A DNA stretch of 64,000 nt from an uncultured bacterium. Lineage in GTDB: Bacteria; Chloroflexota; UBA5177; JANWHV01. The translations under genes were made by a program, and so were the position numbers. The stretch spans positions 672,001 to 736,000 of the forward strand of contig CAWHAE010000009.1 in the NCBI GenBank assembly GCA_963827235.1, read 5' to 3'. Of this stretch, positions 60,380 through 64,000 are shown one piece after another (positions within the stretch are counted from its first letter, which is position 1; every line of letters begins with the position of its first letter). The notes beneath the pieces were generated by a model. It was not told where the DNA came from. It searched no databases and worked only from the letters and a program-made list of their open reading frames with translations.

Positions 60380-60769
60380 AGATTCATGACCTCCCGAAAT
60401 AGCCAGATCTCATGAGTTCATTCCGATGCCGACCGCCTCCGCGATCGGCAGTGCCGCCCGTGCCGGCGCCCAATGCGTCTACCACCCCCTTCCGCGGCCA
60501 GTTCAATCACCGAGAGCGTCGCACGTGCACCGTGACGAAGTGCATGATAGTGCGAAAACCCTCCCCTTGCCAGCGCCTGCCGGGAGATCTCGCGGTCCGT
60601 GCACAACTATCCTCTACGACGGCGGGTGAATGAGGGATGAGCCTGCCCTGATCGGGACGGGTAGAAGGGCAGTCTCAGGGCGTCTCGTGCATGCACGACA
60701 CTCTGTCGTTATAGGGACGCATAGGTAGGAGGTGTAGAGGCGGGAGGCTATCAGAGCCTGCGCCGGAGC

Positions 60770-62428
60770 CTAGCCCGGCACGGCCTCCATGGGCGCTTGG
60801 GCAAGCGCCGGCACGGCTCCAAGCGCGATCTGCTCGTCGAACGCGGCCAGCTCCGCACGCAGGCGTCCGTCGTCCCAGTGCAGGCGCCGGGCCAGGAAGC
60901 GGGCCACCGGATCGGCAACGTCGCGCCCGCGCTCGGCCGACATGCCGGTGGTCAGCCGCCGGAGCAGCACGTCCGCCAGCGTGCGGGCGTCCTCCTCGTC
61001 CACCGCGTAGAGCACCTGCGCCATGACGTCGGGATAATGCGCGCCCAGCGGCGCCAGCAGATCGCGGTTGGCCTGCACGTAGCGCAGCACGCGAGCAGCA
61101 CGGGAGCCGTACACGCGCATGAGGTGCTCGACCAGCGCGGGGTCGATGCCGAGCTCCCGAGCCTGCGGATCGCGGTGCATGGCGACGTAGCGGTCGATGT
61201 CCCGTAACATGCCGCCCGGCAGGGGCAGCTCGGCGGTACGGCTCTTGGCACGCTGCCCGAGGCTGCGGCAGGCGGCGTCGACCAGATTCTCGGCCACGGA
61301 ACGGTAGGCCGTGAGCTTGCCGCCGATGATGCTCAGGAGGCCGGGAATGCCGTCCCTGGTGCGGTGATCGTAGAGCACGTGGCGTCGCGACACGTCGGAC
61401 TCGGGCACGCCTTCGATGTGCATCAGCGACCGCACGCCGGCCCACGTGAAGTAAATCGTGTTCCAGGGGGCGTTGGGATACGCGTAGCGCGCCTCGGCCA
61501 GCAGATAGCAGGCATCCTCGGCATCGGTCACGATGCGATCGAGGTCGCCGTCGTAGTCGGTGTCGGTGGTGCCGAGCAGGGAGAAGCCGTTCCAGGGCAC
61601 CACGAAGAAGAGCCGGCCGTCGCTGTGCGCGTAGAGCACGACCGCCATGTTGCCGACCTTGGGCAGCACGAGATGGACGCCCTTGGTGCGGCGGGAGAGG
61701 GTACGCGGCTCACCGGTCATGGCGCCGATGTCGTCCAGCCATGGGCCTGCGGCGTTGATCACCAAGCGGCCGGCCAGCTCGAGGCGCCGGCCGGTGAGCG
61801 TGTCCTCGGCCGCGATGCCGCAGACCGCCCGTCCCCGGCGGAGCAGGCCGACGGCGCGGGTGTGGTTGAACAGCGTGGCGCCCGCCTCACGCGCGGCGAT
61901 TGCGTTCTCCACGTTGAGCCGCTCGGTGAAGGTGATCTGGCCGTCGTAGTAACGGAACGAGCCCTGCAGACCCTCGCCCCTCAGGCCGGGCTCGAGGCGC
62001 AGGGTCTCCGCCACGCTAAGCCTGCGGTGGATGGAGAGACTCTTGTCGTAGGAGAGCAGGTCATAGAGGATCATGCCGGCCCGCAGCTTCTGGCGGTAAT
62101 AGAGGCTCTTGTCGTAGAGCGGGACGAGGAAGGGCAGCGGCTTGACCAGATGCGGGGCATTGCGGAAGAGGCGCTCGCGCTCGCGCATGTCCTCGCGCAC
62201 GAGGGCGAAGTCGTACATTTCCAGGTAGCGCAGTCCGCCATGGGCCAGCCGGGTGGAACGATTGCTGGTGCCCCAGCCGTAGTCCTCCTTCTCGACCAGG
62301 GCCACGCGGAGACCACGCAAGGCGGCATCACGGGCGGCCGCGAGCCCGATAATACCGCCGCCGACGACGACGAGGTCGTACGGGGAAGCGCTCGCAGGCT
62401 GCTCTTGCTCGGGAGTAAAGCGTTGCAC
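60770..62428 (-). CDS. glpD: FAD-dependent glycerol-3-phosphate dehydrogenase/oxidase
   Basis: GGGIIG, GTSNRSTRLAHGGLRYLE, INAAGPW, GTTD, GGKLT. Confidence 0.93.
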   Translation of the reverse strand: MQRFTPEQEQPASASPYDLVVVGGGIIGLAAARDAALRGLRVALVEKEDYGWGTSNRSTRLAHGGLRYLEMYDFALVREDMRERERLFRNAPHLVKPLPFLVPLYDKSLYYRQKLRAGMILYDLLSYDKSLSIHRRLSVAETLRLEPGLRGEGLQGSFRYYDGQITFTERLNVENAIAAREAGATLFNHTRAVGLLRRGRAVCGIAAEDTLTGRRLELAGRLVINAAGPWLDDIGAMTGEPRTLSRRTKGVHLVLPKVGNMAVVLYAHSDGRLFFVVPWNGFSLLGTTDTDYDGDLDRIVTDAEDACYLLAEARYAYPNAPWNTIYFTWAGVRSLMHIEGVPESDVSRRHVLYDHRTRDGIPGLLSIIGGKLTAYRSVAENLVDAACRSLGQRAKSRTAELPLPGGMLRDIDRYVAMHRDPQARELGIDPALVEHLMRVYGSRAARVLRYVQANRDLLAPLGAHYPDVMAQVLYAVDEEDARTLADVLLRRLTTGMSAERGRDVADPVARFLARRLHWDDGRLRAELAAFDEQIALGAVPALAQAPMEAVPG

Positions 62429-62778
62429 GCCAGACCTTTCAGAGGATTGTCAGAAGGCACTTCGATTGTCGATGTCTCAGACACATGGTACCCGCTGGCG
62501 CCGGGCGGGGAACACTGTCCGGTCCGGCAGCGGCATGGTTCGCCCGGCGAGCATGGCCGGCGGCGCGGACACCCGGAGGAGCGCGCTACAGGGTTCAGCC
62601 GAGCCGGGCCTGCCGCGGGAACTCGGGGTCACGCCGGAGTGGCTGTTTCGGGGCGATTGCAGCCTCGCACAAAGCAGACAACCGGCACGCGGGTCTTTCG
62701 CATGCCGGTCGTTTGACAGCCTGACAGAGTGGCGAGAAGTGCCGGAATCGCGAAGCCGCGTGACCGGCGGGAAGAAAG

Positions 62779-63859
62779 CTAGGCGATAGTCACATCTTTG
62801 CAGAGATAGACGTCTTGAATGGCGTGGAGGAGAGCAGCGCCCTCCGCCATCGGCCGTTGAAACGCCTTCCGGCCGGAAATGAGCCCCGTGCCGCCCGCCC
62901 GTTTGTTCACCACGGCCGTCGTCACGGCTTCCGCGAGGTCTGTCGCGCCCGACGATGCTCCGCCGGAGTTGATAAGCCCTGCACGGCCCATGTAGCAGTT
63001 CATCACCTGGTAGCGGGTGAGGTCAATAGGATTATCGGTGGTCAGGTCGCTGTACACCTTGCTGCTGGTCCTGCCGAACTTGATGGCGTTGTAGCCGCCG
63101 TTGTTCTCGGGCAGCTTCTGCTTGATGATGTCGGCCTCGACCGTGACGCCGAGATGGTTGGCCTGGCCCGTGAGAATCGGCCGCCAGGTGGTAGTCGACG
63201 CCGTCCTTCTTGAAGGCGGGGTTGCGCAAGTAGCACCAGAGCACGGTGGCCAGTCCCAGCTCGTGGGCCCGGTGGAAGGCCCGCGAGACCTCCTGGATTT
63301 GACGCCCGGACTCGGCTGAGCCAAAGTAGATAGTGGCGCCGACCGCCGTGGCGCCCAGGTTCCAGGCCTGCTCCACGGTACCGAACATGACCTGGTCGGC
63401 TTTCTCCGGGTAGGTCAACAGCTCGCTGTGATTGATCTTTACGATGAACGGAATCTTGTGCGCGTACTGCCGGGCAACCGCCCCGAGCACCCCGAAGGTC
63501 GAGGCCACGGCGTTACACTCGCCTTCCATGGCGAGCTTCACGATGTTCGCGGGATCGAAGTAGGCGGGATTCGGCGCGAACGACGCGCCGGCCGAATGCT
63601 CTATACCCTGGTCTACCGGCAGAATGGACATGTACCCCGTGCCGGCCAGGCGACCGGTATTGAACATCTGGCTGAGGCTGCGCATCACCTGGGGAGAGCG
63701 GTCGGTATGCGCGACCACGCGGTCGATGAAATCGGGTCCTGGTAAATGCAAACTCTGGGAAGCGACCTTTGCTTTGTAGGTGAGCAGGTCCTTCTTGGCG
63801 CCCAACAGCTCCTCAATGCGATCGATAGACTGTGCAGTCTTCGAGGCAACTGTAGCCAT
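62779..63859 (-). CDS. fbaB: Class I fructose-bisphosphate aldolase with a 1-bp frameshift near 63175
   Basis: [43 protein letters not shown]; one extra T in GCC GAT T CTC ACG. Confidence 0.92.
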
Positions 63860-64000
63860 GCCATACTCCTCTCCGATGTCCCGTCGCCAGAGCTGACCGG
63901 CGTGACATCGCACGCTTGACGGTTATCCACATCTGTAGCGTATCAACTGCGCTTGGAGCCCAAGCAGGGCTGGATGCCCCTCCGATGCCGGACAAGTGGC

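Noticed and set aside
60380-60560. Purine riboswitch upstream of the nucleoside ABC operon
   Set aside because: No purine-aptamer core sequence recognisable.

Overview
High-GC bacterial window. The 16S rRNA features are most consistent with Chloroflexota (inference). It opens with the 5' part of an rRNA operon on the minus strand (16S, tRNA-Ala(TGC), start of 23S). About 50 kb of accessory genes follows, with many gene remnants: sugar-utilisation leftovers, PIMT-like and APH-like enzymes, an ECF sigma paired with a degenerate PBP, TetR/MFS, an LD-carboxypeptidase, acr3-arsR-arsC, secreted glycoside-hydrolase-like proteins, a CBS-SatP fusion, an ABC-F, and IS110. The window ends in housekeeping genes (nucleoside ABC transporter, glpD, fbaB). 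The strongest candidate for an undescribed system is a three-gene minus-strand cluster at 48649-52888. It encodes a DUF6065-GT2-GT fusion whose last domain carries ppGalNAc-transferase-like (GT27-like) motifs, a second paralogous GT2, and a protein made of a PqqD/RRE domain, a twin-arginine-like leader and a mucin-like Thr/Pro tandem-repeat core. This looks like a RiPP-style, mucin-type O-glycosylation system. Second candidate: an ECF sigma factor paired with a membrane-anchored, catalytically dead PBP domain. That pair is bracketed by a 68-bp repeat, and a shorter copy lies upstream of the LD-carboxypeptidase. An ABC-F gene has a 3-codon uORF leader typical of ribosome-dependent attenuation. 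Several single-base frameshifts, including one in fbaB, suggest some assembly indels. All family calls come from motif recognition by eye; no searches were run.
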